64,000 nucleotides of DNA. Origin: Nanobdellota archaeon (lineage in GTDB: Archaea > Nanobdellota > Nanobdellia > Pacearchaeales > GW2011-AR1). Positions within the stretch are counted from its first letter, which is position 1. The number at the start of each line of letters is the position of its first letter. Under the pieces are notes generated by a model, which had not been told where the DNA came from, searched no databases, and saw only the letters and a list, made by a program, of their open reading frames with translations. Below, piece after piece: positions 1 to 10,033 of the stretch. The stretch covers positions 175,315 through 239,314 of the forward strand of contig JBBTAN010000017.1 in NCBI GenBank assembly GCA_038044205.1, written 5' to 3'. The position numbers were made by a program, and so were the translations under genes.

Positions 1-101
1 ATATAGATAAAAAATTAAATAATATAAATAATATTAGAAAGAGATTTACTTTATTTGGGCTGCAAGAATATATTCATAGAATTCTGATTAAGGAAAAATA
101 A

Positions 102-905
102 ATGAACAATATTCCTTTAGTAATAATCCATGCTGGTGAACAGCCTTGGTTTAAGAAAATTCTTGAACTTAATATGAGGACCAATGAAAATTTATTATTA
201 GTTGGAGATAATCAATCATTACCATGTAAACAATTTTTCCATATTAGAGATTTCCAGAATGAAAGAAGAAGATTTGATCCTCTTTATGTTCATCTAAATG
301 TAACTCCTCAACCGTATGAATTACTATGTATTTCTCGTTGGTTTATTTTACTTGAACTAATGAAAAAACAAAATATTAATATTTGTTTTTATGCTGATTC
401 TGATATTCTTATGTTTTCTGATATAGATAGTGAATGGAAGAAATATAATAATTGTGCTTTAACTTTGGTTCATGGATGTTGTGGTGCAAGTAGTTTTTTC
501 ACAAGGAATGGACTTCAAGAATTTTGCGATTTTGTGGTAAATGTATATAATAATAAAAATGGATATGATTTTGAAAAAATTTCTTCTCATTATCATATTA
601 GGAGAAAGCATGGGTTGGGTGGTGGGGTCTGTGATATGACTTTATTTCAATATTATGCTTACGAGCATCATAGTGATATTGGTGAAATGATGCACGTAAT
701 AAATGATTCTACTTATGACCATAGTATTAATGCTGCGGACGGTTATGAATTTAATGGACAAAAAGTATTTAATTTTAGGAATAAGAAACCTTATTGTAAA
801 AACATAAGATTAAATAGAGATATATTGTTTAACTGTATTCATTTACAAGGAGGAGGAGTAGAAGATAAAAATAAAGTTTTTTCTATTGAGAAATACATAA
901 CATAA
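102..905 (+). CDS. Putative glycosyltransferase (GT-A fold, nucleotide-diphospho-sugar transferase)
   Basis: FYADSDILMF DxD motif; C-terminal IHLQG; lies in a glycan cluster. Confidence 0.6.
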   Translation: MNNIPLVIIHAGEQPWFKKILELNMRTNENLLLVGDNQSLPCKQFFHIRDFQNERRRFDPLYVHLNVTPQPYELLCISRWFILLELMKKQNINICFYADSDILMFSDIDSEWKKYNNCALTLVHGCCGASSFFTRNGLQEFCDFVVNVYNNKNGYDFEKISSHYHIRRKHGLGGGVCDMTLFQYYAYEHHSDIGEMMHVINDSTYDHSINAADGYEFNGQKVFNFRNKKPYCKNIRLNRDILFNCIHLQGGGVEDKNKVFSIEKYIT

Positions 906-913
906 GCAGGGCC

Positions 914-2752
914 ATGATGATTAAATTAGCTGACGTGAAATCTTCTTATTTAGAACATAAAGAAGAGATAGATAGTGCTATACATAGAGTTTTAGATAGT
1001 GGTTGGTATATTCTTGGTAAAGAGGTTAGTTCTTTTGAAGGAGAGTTTGCTTCTTATATTGGGACAAAGTACGCAGTAGGTGTTGCAAATGGCACTGACG
1101 CCATAGAAATCGCTTTACGAGCCTGTGAATTACCTCCAGGTTCCCAAGTAATAACAGTATCGAATACAGTTACGGCAACTGTAGCAGCAATAGAAAGAGC
1201 AGGGCTTGTTCCGGTATTTGTTGATATAAATCCATTTACTCTTACTATGGATTCAACCAGAATAGAAGAAATGCTAACATTTCCTGATTATAGGAATGTA
1301 AAAGCAATTGTTCCTGTTCATTTATTTGGAAATCCTGCTGATGCTAAAGATTTAATAAGGATAGCAAACAAGTATGGATTGAAAATTATTGAAGATTGCG
1401 CTCAAGCTCATGGAGCATCTATACATGGAGCTTTTTGTGGAACTTTTGGGGATTTAGGAGCTTTTAGTTTCTATCCAACTAAAAATTTAGGTGCTATAGG
1501 GGATGGAGGTGCAGTAGTAACATCAAATAAAGAATTATATGATAAATTAATAATGTTAAGACAATATGGATGGAAAAATAGATACGAAAGCGAGATGCAG
1601 GGGATAAATAGCAGATTGGATGAAATTCAAGCAGCTATACTGAGAGTAAAATTAAAATATTTAGATAGCGATAATAATAAAAGAATAACTTTGGCAGGTT
1701 TATATAATAGTTTATTGTGCGATAGGGTTGTTACTCCTCAATGTAAATTTGGACATAGACATATATATCATTTATATGTAGTTCAAGCAGAAGAAAGAGA
1801 TGAGTTAAGGCAACATTTAAAGGAGAATAATATAGAATCAGCTATTCATTATCCTGTTCCTGTTCATAGTCAGAAAGCGTATCAATGGAAATATAAATAT
1901 ATGTATCTTCCAAATACGGAAGAGGTGAAAAATAAAATATTAAGTTTACCTTTACATCCTTATTTATCAACTAATGATGTGGAGAATATAAGCAATATCA
2001 TGAAAAGATTTATAGAAAAAAGAAAAATAGATAAGCCTGTAGTTCAAGAAATAAAATCTCCAATTAAATATTCTTTTTTTGCTACTACTGGAGGTTCAAG
2101 TAGAGATTTGTTTAGTATAGAATCATGGAATAATATGGAAGGACCATTTGAAATTATTTTATTTTTCCCTTCGAGATGTAAAGATGTAATATTTAGAATG
2201 AATTTAAATACTAAATTTAAATTAGTGGAAATTCCTAATGGAATACCTAAAATAAATTATCTAATAAAAGAGACAAATAAAATAGCTAATGGGCGATATA
2301 TAGTATATGTAAATGGGGATATAGCTATGAATAATTCAGTTATATCTTCATTAGATGAAGCATTTCGTAAAAATTTTGATATGGCTGTATGCGGAAGAAG
2401 ACAGGTGCCAGGTGAAATTAAAAAATGGACAAAAGAAGATTTTGATAATTATCAACAGTATGAAATATACGTAATTTGTGGAATTGATTTGTTCGCATTC
2501 AAAAAAGGTGAATTTTTAGATTTCCCTGATTTTTATATTGGATATCCAAGATTTGATAATTATTTTATTATTTCAGGATTAAATAAAAAATTAAAAATAG
2601 TAGATATAACTGAAAAAACTATTTTATTACATAGAATACATACAGATGATACAAGGGCGCAGAACAAAGATTATCATAAACATAATTGTTATACTTTTGA
2701 TTGTCATAATCCACAAAGAAATGGTTATAGGAATGATTGTGCAACTTTGTAG
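914..2752 (+). CDS. DegT/DnrJ/EryC1/StrS sugar aminotransferase (FdtB-like) fused to a C-terminal GT-A-like domain
   Basis: VANGTDAIE, IIEDCAQAHG, FSFYPTKNLGAIGDGG (PLP lysine), NSRLDEIQAA; last ~240 aa contain YVNGDI, GIDLFAF and GYPRFDN. Confidence 0.9.
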   Translation: MMIKLADVKSSYLEHKEEIDSAIHRVLDSGWYILGKEVSSFEGEFASYIGTKYAVGVANGTDAIEIALRACELPPGSQVITVSNTVTATVAAIERAGLVPVFVDINPFTLTMDSTRIEEMLTFPDYRNVKAIVPVHLFGNPADAKDLIRIANKYGLKIIEDCAQAHGASIHGAFCGTFGDLGAFSFYPTKNLGAIGDGGAVVTSNKELYDKLIMLRQYGWKNRYESEMQGINSRLDEIQAAILRVKLKYLDSDNNKRITLAGLYNSLLCDRVVTPQCKFGHRHIYHLYVVQAEERDELRQHLKENNIESAIHYPVPVHSQKAYQWKYKYMYLPNTEEVKNKILSLPLHPYLSTNDVENISNIMKRFIEKRKIDKPVVQEIKSPIKYSFFATTGGSSRDLFSIESWNNMEGPFEIILFFPSRCKDVIFRMNLNTKFKLVEIPNGIPKINYLIKETNKIANGRYIVYVNGDIAMNNSVISSLDEAFRKNFDMAVCGRRQVPGEIKKWTKEDFDNYQQYEIYVICGIDLFAFKKGEFLDFPDFYIGYPRFDNYFIISGLNKKLKIVDITEKTILLHRIHTDDTRAQNKDYHKHNCYTFDCHNPQRNGYRNDCATL

Positions 2753-2764
2753 GAAAGGAAATAT

Positions 2765-3853
2765 ATGGTAATATATAGAGATTTTAAACAGTTTAAAGAT
2801 TTAGATGGATCTTTAATTCCATTTGAATTTGAGGATTTACCTTTTAAACCACAAAGAATTTTTATTGTTAAAGATGTTCCTAAAGATATAGAAAGAGGTA
2901 ATCATGCTCATTATATGACTAGACAACTTCTTGTTTGTTTAGAAGGAAAAATATTAGTAAAAATGTATAATGGAATAGAAAATGAAGAAACTATAATCAA
3001 ACCTATGGAAAGTGTATTAGTTAATTCACTTGTGTGGGATTCTCAAATATTTTTAACAGATAAAGATATGTTATTATCTTTATGTTCTACACACTATATG
3101 CCGAAAGATTATATAGATAATATAAATATATTTAATAATATTTTCAAAAGAAAAATAGCGATAGTTGTTGCTGCTTATTGTTTACATGGTGATATAATAA
3201 CAAATTTCATAGAATGGAATAAAAAGATATTGCAAGAATTTGATGTTGAATTGATTGTTGTCTCTGATAGATTTATTCATTTTGAAAATCCTAAATATAG
3301 ATCTTTAGTTTATCCAAGAAAACATAAACCAATGTCAAGATCAAGAATATTGAATTATGGTATTAAAAATGCCAAACATAAAGATATTATTTACGCTTTC
3401 GATATAGATGTTGCTATATCAAGACAAGCATTAGTGCAAAGCCTTGGACTTGTAAATTACGGAGTTGGTGTTTCTTTTCAAGTAGGTAGAATAAATACAA
3501 TTGAAGAATCTTTTACTTTTGATTGGAATAAATTAGAGAAAAGAATTACGGGTTACGGGATGATGGGGATGAATTATTCTGATTGGGATAAATTAAATGG
3601 TTATGATGAGAGAATGTGTGGCTGGGGATACGAGGACGTGGATTTGTGGCGGCGATCTTGTAAGACTATGATTATGCACAGGTTAAGTGATTATCCTATT
3701 TATCATATTGATCATCCTGACAGAAGCACTACTGGCTCTTTATTTGAAAATAGGAATTCTATAAATGGATTATTAAGTGATAGAGGAGGATGGGAATGTA
3801 AGAATTGGGGAGAAGATTTTAGAATAAATGAAGACTATGCTGTTGAGTTTTAA
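2765..3853 (+). CDS. FdtA/QdtA-like cupin 3,4-ketoisomerase fused to a GT2/GT7-type glycosyltransferase
   Basis: PFKPQRIF...RGNHAH...QLLVCLEG cupin signature; C-terminal FDID and LNGYDERMCGWGYEDVD. Confidence 0.85.
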   Translation: MVIYRDFKQFKDLDGSLIPFEFEDLPFKPQRIFIVKDVPKDIERGNHAHYMTRQLLVCLEGKILVKMYNGIENEETIIKPMESVLVNSLVWDSQIFLTDKDMLLSLCSTHYMPKDYIDNINIFNNIFKRKIAIVVAAYCLHGDIITNFIEWNKKILQEFDVELIVVSDRFIHFENPKYRSLVYPRKHKPMSRSRILNYGIKNAKHKDIIYAFDIDVAISRQALVQSLGLVNYGVGVSFQVGRINTIEESFTFDWNKLEKRITGYGMMGMNYSDWDKLNGYDERMCGWGYEDVDLWRRSCKTMIMHRLSDYPIYHIDHPDRSTTGSLFENRNSINGLLSDRGGWECKNWGEDFRINEDYAVEF

Positions 3854-4667
3854 AATGAAAAAGAAAATATCAATGATAATTTGTTCTTATTGTTTACATA
3901 ATGATTATATAATAAATTTTATTAAATGGAATGAAAATGTATTGCAAGAATTTAATATAGAACTAATAGTAATTTCAGATAAAAATATTATATTTAATAA
4001 TCAAAACTATAAATGTTTTATTTATCCTATAATACATAAACCAATGTCCAAATCAAGAATATTAAATTATGGAATAAAAAATACAACTAATAGGGATATT
4101 ATTTTTTCTTTTGATATAGATATTGTTATTTCAAGAGAAGCTTTAATGAAATCTATAGAGTTAATAGAATCAGGTGTTGGAGTTTCTTTTCAGGTGGGAA
4201 ATATAGATTCATATGATAATATATCTAAATTAGATTGGAAGAAAAAGATAAAGAAGAGACTTGTTGGATATGGTATGACTGGAATGAGTTATTCTGATTG
4301 GGATAAATTGAATGGGTATGATGAGAGAATGTATGGGTGGGGATTTGAAGATACGGATTTACATAAAAGATCTTGTAGAATAATAAAAATGCATAGATTA
4401 ATTGATTATCCTGTATATCATATAAATCATGCTGATAGAACTGTTACAGGCTCATTATTTGAACATAATAATTTAGTTAATGGAGCCATAAGTGAAATGG
4501 GAAGATGGGAATGTAAAAAATGGGGGGAAGAAAAATTTGTAGATTATGTGTTTGAATATAAAGATATAAAACATGACTATATAGATGAGAAATGTAATTG
4601 GAAATGTGATAAATGGATAGAGTGTGGAAAATTAAGTAATTTTCATGGTGATAGATTATTAATATGA
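3828..4667 (+). CDS. GT2/GT7-type glycosyltransferase, tandem paralog of the C-terminal domain of the preceding gene (likely start 3855)
   Basis: FDID; LNGYDERMYGWGFEDTD; collinear similarity to 2765-3853. Confidence 0.8.
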   Translation: MKTMLLSFKMKKKISMIICSYCLHNDYIINFIKWNENVLQEFNIELIVISDKNIIFNNQNYKCFIYPIIHKPMSKSRILNYGIKNTTNRDIIFSFDIDIVISREALMKSIELIESGVGVSFQVGNIDSYDNISKLDWKKKIKKRLVGYGMTGMSYSDWDKLNGYDERMYGWGFEDTDLHKRSCRIIKMHRLIDYPVYHINHADRTVTGSLFEHNNLVNGAISEMGRWECKKWGEEKFVDYVFEYKDIKHDYIDEKCNWKCDKWIECGKLSNFHGDRLLI

Positions 4668-5725
4668 ATAAAATATATCACTATACATTTGATGAAAAAA
4701 GATTAAGTGAATCTCCAATCATAGTTGACCTTGGTTTTAAATATGGTGAATTTTCTATCCCTTTTATAGAAAAATATAAAGGAATATGCTATGCTTATGA
4801 ACCTGCAAAAACTTCTTTTAATATAGCAAAAGAAAAAATAAAATATATGAATAGTATTTTTCTTTTTAATGAAGCAGTATGGAAATATAATGACATAATT
4901 GATTTTTATTCTTTTGATAATTTTCCTCAATCTAATTCTGTATTTAATAGACCACTTCCATTAGAAGATAAATATAAAATAAGGTCAATAACACTTGATA
5001 ATATATTGAAAATGGTTCCTTATGTAGATATATTAAAAATTGATATAGAAGGGGCTGAATGGGAGATATTAAGATTAAGTAAAAAAGAATTATTTAATAG
5101 TGTAGATCAATTAATTATTGAATTTCATTTGGAATTTTCTTGTTTTACTTTAGATAATGCCATTCAATGGTTAAAAGACTTTGGATTTTATATTGTAAGT
5201 AAAGAAGAAGAATGCGAAAATAGAATATCTGTTTATTGTAAAAAATCATCTTCGGAATTGAGAACTAAAACAAATAAATGGTATAGAAAAAATCTAAATA
5301 ATTTTAATTTTAATAATGTATTAAATGCTGGTTGTGGTAGCGATGAAGACTTTGAAGGCGGAACCTATTCAAAAGATTATTTTTCCTATAAAAAATTAAT
5401 AAAATTAGATATAGACAATACCTCAAAAGCAGATATTATTTCTTCTATTGAAAAAACTCCATTTAATGATAATCAATTTGATTTTATTTTTTCTAATTGG
5501 GTTATATATAAAACAGACTATAAAAAATCAATAGATGAATTCTATAGAATCCTACAACCTAATGGATATGTTTGTATTTCTTATTCCCTGCCTGATTTTA
5601 ATGAAGTAAAAAATATAAGAAATAGTTTATTGAATAAATTTAATTTATTCAATTTATATGAATTGGAATATAATCATCAATCTTTAGATAGGAAAGCAGA
5701 AATATTTTTAGGTAAAAAATTATGA
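4664..5725 (+). CDS. FkbM-family methyltransferase fused to a second class I SAM methyltransferase
   Basis: IVDLG, AYEP, LKIDIEGAE (FkbM); VLNAGCG, PFNDNQFDFI, RILQPNG (class I). Confidence 0.85.
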   Translation: MNKIYHYTFDEKRLSESPIIVDLGFKYGEFSIPFIEKYKGICYAYEPAKTSFNIAKEKIKYMNSIFLFNEAVWKYNDIIDFYSFDNFPQSNSVFNRPLPLEDKYKIRSITLDNILKMVPYVDILKIDIEGAEWEILRLSKKELFNSVDQLIIEFHLEFSCFTLDNAIQWLKDFGFYIVSKEEECENRISVYCKKSSSELRTKTNKWYRKNLNNFNFNNVLNAGCGSDEDFEGGTYSKDYFSYKKLIKLDIDNTSKADIISSIEKTPFNDNQFDFIFSNWVIYKTDYKKSIDEFYRILQPNGYVCISYSLPDFNEVKNIRNSLLNKFNLFNLYELEYNHQSLDRKAEIFLGKKL

Positions 5726-7716
5726 TAGAAAAAAGAAATTATGGTAATTATGAAGAGTATGTAGAACATCAGAAAAAGAAAACAATTGATGAAAGTTTGA
5801 GAGCATGGTTGTTACAATGTTTTGAGAAAAGACTTCCTAAATTTATAGCAAGACTATATCATCTATTAGAAGAAAATATAATAAATTTATCAATGAATGT
5901 CCTTTGTGTTGCAGCAAGGATGGGTGAAGAGGTAGCCTCTTTCAATCTAATGGGATTCAAGGCCATAGGAATTGATTTAGTGCCCAATCCACCGCTTGTT
6001 ATAACAGGTGATATGCAGAAAATTCCATTTGAAGATAAATCGTTTAGCATTATATATTGTAATGCTTTAGATCATTGTTTTGATGTTAAATTATTTATGG
6101 CAGAATGCGAAAGAGTATTAAAAAATGATGGAATTGTTATTTTTGATTTCTATCCAAAGAATTATGGAGAGTTTGAGTCTATAAATATATCTTCTGTGGA
6201 TGATATAGTAAATAATACGAATCTAAGTGTAGTAAGGATTTATCAGGATAATGAACTCCCTAAATTATATTCTTGTGAAAATATACAAATTATATTAAGA
6301 AAAGAAAATAAATTAATAGAATTGTTCCAAAAACCTGTTTTATTATTAGTTGCTCATTGGGATGACGAAGTTATATCTGCTGGCGGATCTATATATAGAT
6401 TTGGAAATGGATGGGATATAGTCTCTGTAACAAGTAGGGATAATGTTCATCCAGATTACAGAGAAAAATTTAATAATTTATGTAATAAGAATAATGCTAA
6501 ACCAATTACATTAAATATACCTCATAGAGATTTAAATAATAATAGCACAGAAATAAAAGAAGATATATTGAGAACTGAATTGTTGAAATATATAGATATA
6601 GAAAAATATAGAACAGTAATAACTCATTCTTATGATGGAGATGTAGGAGAACATGTTCAACATAAGAAAATATCTTCTATAGTTCCTAATATATTTCCTA
6701 ATGCTAATATATTTATGTTTTCTCAAAAGCATGGTAGTTATATTAAATTAAAAGAAAACGAAGTAAGTAAAAAGAAAGAATTTATTTCTATTTATCCTAC
6801 TGCACCTGAAGTAAATAAAACAGAGTTTGAATATTTTACCCATTATAGGAAAATAAAAGATTATCCTGATCTTTGTTTTTCTGTTATATCTAATGGCCCA
6901 TATCAAGTATATATTCCATTGTTTATTTATTTCGCAAGTAAGATGTATCCTAAATCAATGATTTATATTTATTCTCACGGAGAACTAAATGAAGATACAA
7001 GGAAATGTATAAATTTGATAAAAGATGTTTGTAATTTCCAAATAAAAAATTTAACTGATTTTACTGATTGTGATATAAATAAATTAGGACCAGATGAATT
7101 TAAAACATTAAGATGGACGATTTATGATAAAGATTGGGAACAATATAATTATTTATATATTGGTGATTTAGATATGTTATTAGTTGGTCAAACTCTAATG
7201 GATTTTCATTTAGACCATTGCAAGAAAAATAATTTATGTTACAGTAATACAACAAGGAAGAAATGTAAGTTTTGTTTAGGAGAGGATACGAGTAAACTAT
7301 CTGGTCTTCATTTCGTAAAAATAAAAGAATATTTTTCTAAAGTTATGTCTAATATAGAGTTATATAGAAATAAATTGAAAAATGGAGAGTTGAAAAATAT
7401 AAATAACGAAAAAACATTGATGAATATAGTAAAAGAATCAGGTTTGTCAATACCAGAGTTTGAAGAAGATTTTTTTGCTTTAAGGCATCATGGATTACAT
7501 TTAAGATCCTTTGATAGTTTAGAACATTTTAGAAATGTTATGATTTCTACTCAATCTTCTTATCCTATTGACTATTTGTTAAAACCAAATTATATTTTAT
7601 TTTTAAATATGATAAAAAGCGAAAGGTGTCAGAAAATAATAAATATATTTAGCAAGTACGAAGAATTTAGTAGACAGATCAATAATTTAATTTCTATTTG
7701 TAAGGAAATTAAATGA
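5722..7716 (+). CDS. Three-domain fusion: SAM methyltransferase + PIG-L/LmbE-like deacetylase + GT-A-like domain
   Basis: VLCVAARMGEE/GIDL/NALDH; LLVAHWDDE...ITHS...GEHVQH; YIGDLDM and LSGLHFV. Confidence 0.75.
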   Translation: MIEKRNYGNYEEYVEHQKKKTIDESLRAWLLQCFEKRLPKFIARLYHLLEENIINLSMNVLCVAARMGEEVASFNLMGFKAIGIDLVPNPPLVITGDMQKIPFEDKSFSIIYCNALDHCFDVKLFMAECERVLKNDGIVIFDFYPKNYGEFESINISSVDDIVNNTNLSVVRIYQDNELPKLYSCENIQIILRKENKLIELFQKPVLLLVAHWDDEVISAGGSIYRFGNGWDIVSVTSRDNVHPDYREKFNNLCNKNNAKPITLNIPHRDLNNNSTEIKEDILRTELLKYIDIEKYRTVITHSYDGDVGEHVQHKKISSIVPNIFPNANIFMFSQKHGSYIKLKENEVSKKKEFISIYPTAPEVNKTEFEYFTHYRKIKDYPDLCFSVISNGPYQVYIPLFIYFASKMYPKSMIYIYSHGELNEDTRKCINLIKDVCNFQIKNLTDFTDCDINKLGPDEFKTLRWTIYDKDWEQYNYLYIGDLDMLLVGQTLMDFHLDHCKKNNLCYSNTTRKKCKFCLGEDTSKLSGLHFVKIKEYFSKVMSNIELYRNKLKNGELKNINNEKTLMNIVKESGLSIPEFEEDFFALRHHGLHLRSFDSLEHFRNVMISTQSSYPIDYLLKPNYILFLNMIKSERCQKIINIFSKYEEFSRQINNLISICKEIK

Positions 7717-8270
7717 TAAATATAAAAGAATTAGTTGATGGTGCGAATAAAAATAAAGAATGGTTAAGGTATCATCCAAGGGTATTTTCTCACCCAGGAG
7801 ATATTGTTGATTTAGGTTGTTTAGTATGGGATTGGTCTCAACCTTTTATTGGGAAAAAAAGAGTAATAGGTGTTGATCCACAAGAAAATCATGTTCCTCA
7901 AGGATTTGAATTGTTTAAAGGCATGGTAGGGAATTTCACCGGAACAGCTAAAGTGTTACTTGGGAAACAATGTTCTGCTTATGACCTAAAAGGAGAAAGT
8001 TTAGTAGAAGTGATAACCTATGATGATTTTATACTAAAATATAAAATAAATTCTTTATCTTTATTAAAAATGAATATAGAAGGTGCGGAGTATGATTTAA
8101 TAATTAGATGGAAAACTCCTCCGGCAGACCAATTGATTATTTCTTTTCATCATCATAATGGAAAATTTAACAATAAAGCAACTCAATATATGATTGATCT
8201 TTTATCTGAATGGTATGACTATACCTGTATTTGTGAACAATATGCTTGGTATTTATTTTTGAGGAAATAA
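7713..8270 (+). CDS. FkbM-like methyltransferase
   Basis: IVDLGC, IGVDP, LKMNIEGAEY, ISFH. Confidence 0.75.
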   Translation: MINIKELVDGANKNKEWLRYHPRVFSHPGDIVDLGCLVWDWSQPFIGKKRVIGVDPQENHVPQGFELFKGMVGNFTGTAKVLLGKQCSAYDLKGESLVEVITYDDFILKYKINSLSLLKMNIEGAEYDLIIRWKTPPADQLIISFHHHNGKFNNKATQYMIDLLSEWYDYTCICEQYAWYLFLRK

Positions 8271-9139
8271 TTATGAAAATATTGATAATTATAGATGAAT
8301 ATGGTTGGGCTTTTGAATTTGTCGCCAGAGGAATAGAAAAATATTCCAAACATCAAGTAGATTATGTTAGAGCAAGAGATATTGATGATAAATATAATAA
8401 TTATGATATTTATTATGTTTTGAATAACGCTAATTATATGGATTGTAAATATAAGCCAAGTAAAGAAAGAACTATTTGTGGGGTTAGAGGAGAGACTAAT
8501 CCAGATACTGTTGATCCTAATAATTTCGCTGCACTTCAGATAGTGAATAAAAAGATATTTGATAGATATTTAGAGAAATATCCTAATAATAAGAATATGT
8601 TTTATATTAGGAATGCTGTAGATGGGAATGAATTTGTTCCTGCTGAGGAATTGGGAAGTAATGTAGGTTGGTCTGGTGATAAGACCAAACCATGTAAAAG
8701 ATTTAATTTATTAAGTAAAATATATAATGGGAAAGTAATAATAAAAGCAGATCATGGTAGTAATTTCTTTGTAAAAGAAAGGACAAGAAAAGATCAGGTT
8801 GAATTCTATCAATCCCTTTTTGTTTATATTCATCCTTCTAACTTTGGAGAGGGAATGTCTCAAACCATAGTTGAAGCAGCAGCCTGTGGATTACCAATTA
8901 TTTCTTGTGATATTGGCGACAATAGAAATATAATGAGTAATGAGTGGTTTATTGCGAAGGAACCAGACGAAAAATCAATAAAAGAGATAAATGAGAAGAT
9001 AGAAGTATTAGAAAGGAATAAGGAATTTGCTATTCATGTAGGGAAAGAGAATAGAAAGAGATTTGATGAAGGTAACTGGTGTTGGAGCAAAAGAGCAAAA
9101 GAATTTGATAATCTTTTTGAAACAGTAAAAGGAAAATAA
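8246..9139 (+). CDS. GT4-family glycosyltransferase (likely start 8273)
   Basis: EGMSQTIVEAAACGLPII (E-x7-E), NAVD. Confidence 0.85.
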   Translation: MVFIFEEIIMKILIIIDEYGWAFEFVARGIEKYSKHQVDYVRARDIDDKYNNYDIYYVLNNANYMDCKYKPSKERTICGVRGETNPDTVDPNNFAALQIVNKKIFDRYLEKYPNNKNMFYIRNAVDGNEFVPAEELGSNVGWSGDKTKPCKRFNLLSKIYNGKVIIKADHGSNFFVKERTRKDQVEFYQSLFVYIHPSNFGEGMSQTIVEAAACGLPIISCDIGDNRNIMSNEWFIAKEPDEKSIKEINEKIEVLERNKEFAIHVGKENRKRFDEGNWCWSKRAKEFDNLFETVKGK

Positions 9140-9141
9140 AA

Positions 9142-9825
9142 ATGAATGACTATGAACCATACGTTTGTGAAGCCATAGAAAAGATAATAGAGCCAGGTTG
9201 GGTCTGTGCCGATGTAGGGGCCAATGTAGGGCAGATAACTACTCTTTTAGCTAACCTCGTAAAAGAAAAAGGAAAAGTCATAGCCTTTGAGATACTCCCT
9301 GATAATATAAATGAATTAAAAGAAAATATAAAAAATTATAGTAATGTAGTAGTTGAGAATTTAGCAATATCTAATACAAATGATTTTATTCCTATTTATC
9401 CAAGTAGTAATGGTGGTTCTAAAGAATGGAATATATTAGGCTATGACGTTAGAGGAATAAAAACAAATAAATTCATTGAAGTAAAAGCATCAACTATGGA
9501 CGAATATTTCAAAACCTTTACCCAATTAAATTTCGTCAAGATAGATGTAGAAGGAGCCGAATTCAAAGTAATTGAAGGAATGAGTAATATATTGCAGAAA
9601 TTAAGACCATATATTATTGTTGAATTTCATGAAGAAGAAGGATGGGAAGGAAGATTTAATATATTAAAATATGATTATTCTTTATTTGGTCTTTATACCC
9701 ACGGAAATAAAATATTTGATTGGGTAGATGTAAATCATACAAGAATATACCATTGTTTACTAGTTCCTAATGAGTTAAAAGAAAATATAAATGCTAAACT
9801 TCGGAGTAAAAAAGATGAGAGTTGA
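9142..9825 (+). CDS. FkbM-family methyltransferase
   Basis: DVGANVG, AFE, VKIDVEGAE, IVEFH. Confidence 0.9.
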   Translation: MNDYEPYVCEAIEKIIEPGWVCADVGANVGQITTLLANLVKEKGKVIAFEILPDNINELKENIKNYSNVVVENLAISNTNDFIPIYPSSNGGSKEWNILGYDVRGIKTNKFIEVKASTMDEYFKTFTQLNFVKIDVEGAEFKVIEGMSNILQKLRPYIIVEFHEEEGWEGRFNILKYDYSLFGLYTHGNKIFDWVDVNHTRIYHCLLVPNELKENINAKLRSKKDES

Positions 9826-10033
9826 ATCAGCATTTAATCCTTATTATAATTTTACTGATGTATCATCCATTTGTAAAATAATAAAAGTAGATGGTGTTGA
9901 AGGCGGGGTCATTGGATTGAGCAAAAGAATAAAATTAGGTGATGAAATCAGAGTAAGATTCAATGGAATTGTTAAAAAAGTAATTATTTCTTCCATTGAT
10001 TCTAAATATATAAACTGCACAACAAAAGATTAA
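9791..10033 (+). CDS. Hypothetical protein
   Basis: ORF overlapping the upstream gene; GGAG before an internal ATG. Confidence 0.4.
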   Translation: MLNFGVKKMRVESAFNPYYNFTDVSSICKIIKVDGVEGGVIGLSKRIKLGDEIRVRFNGIVKKVIISSIDSKYINCTTKD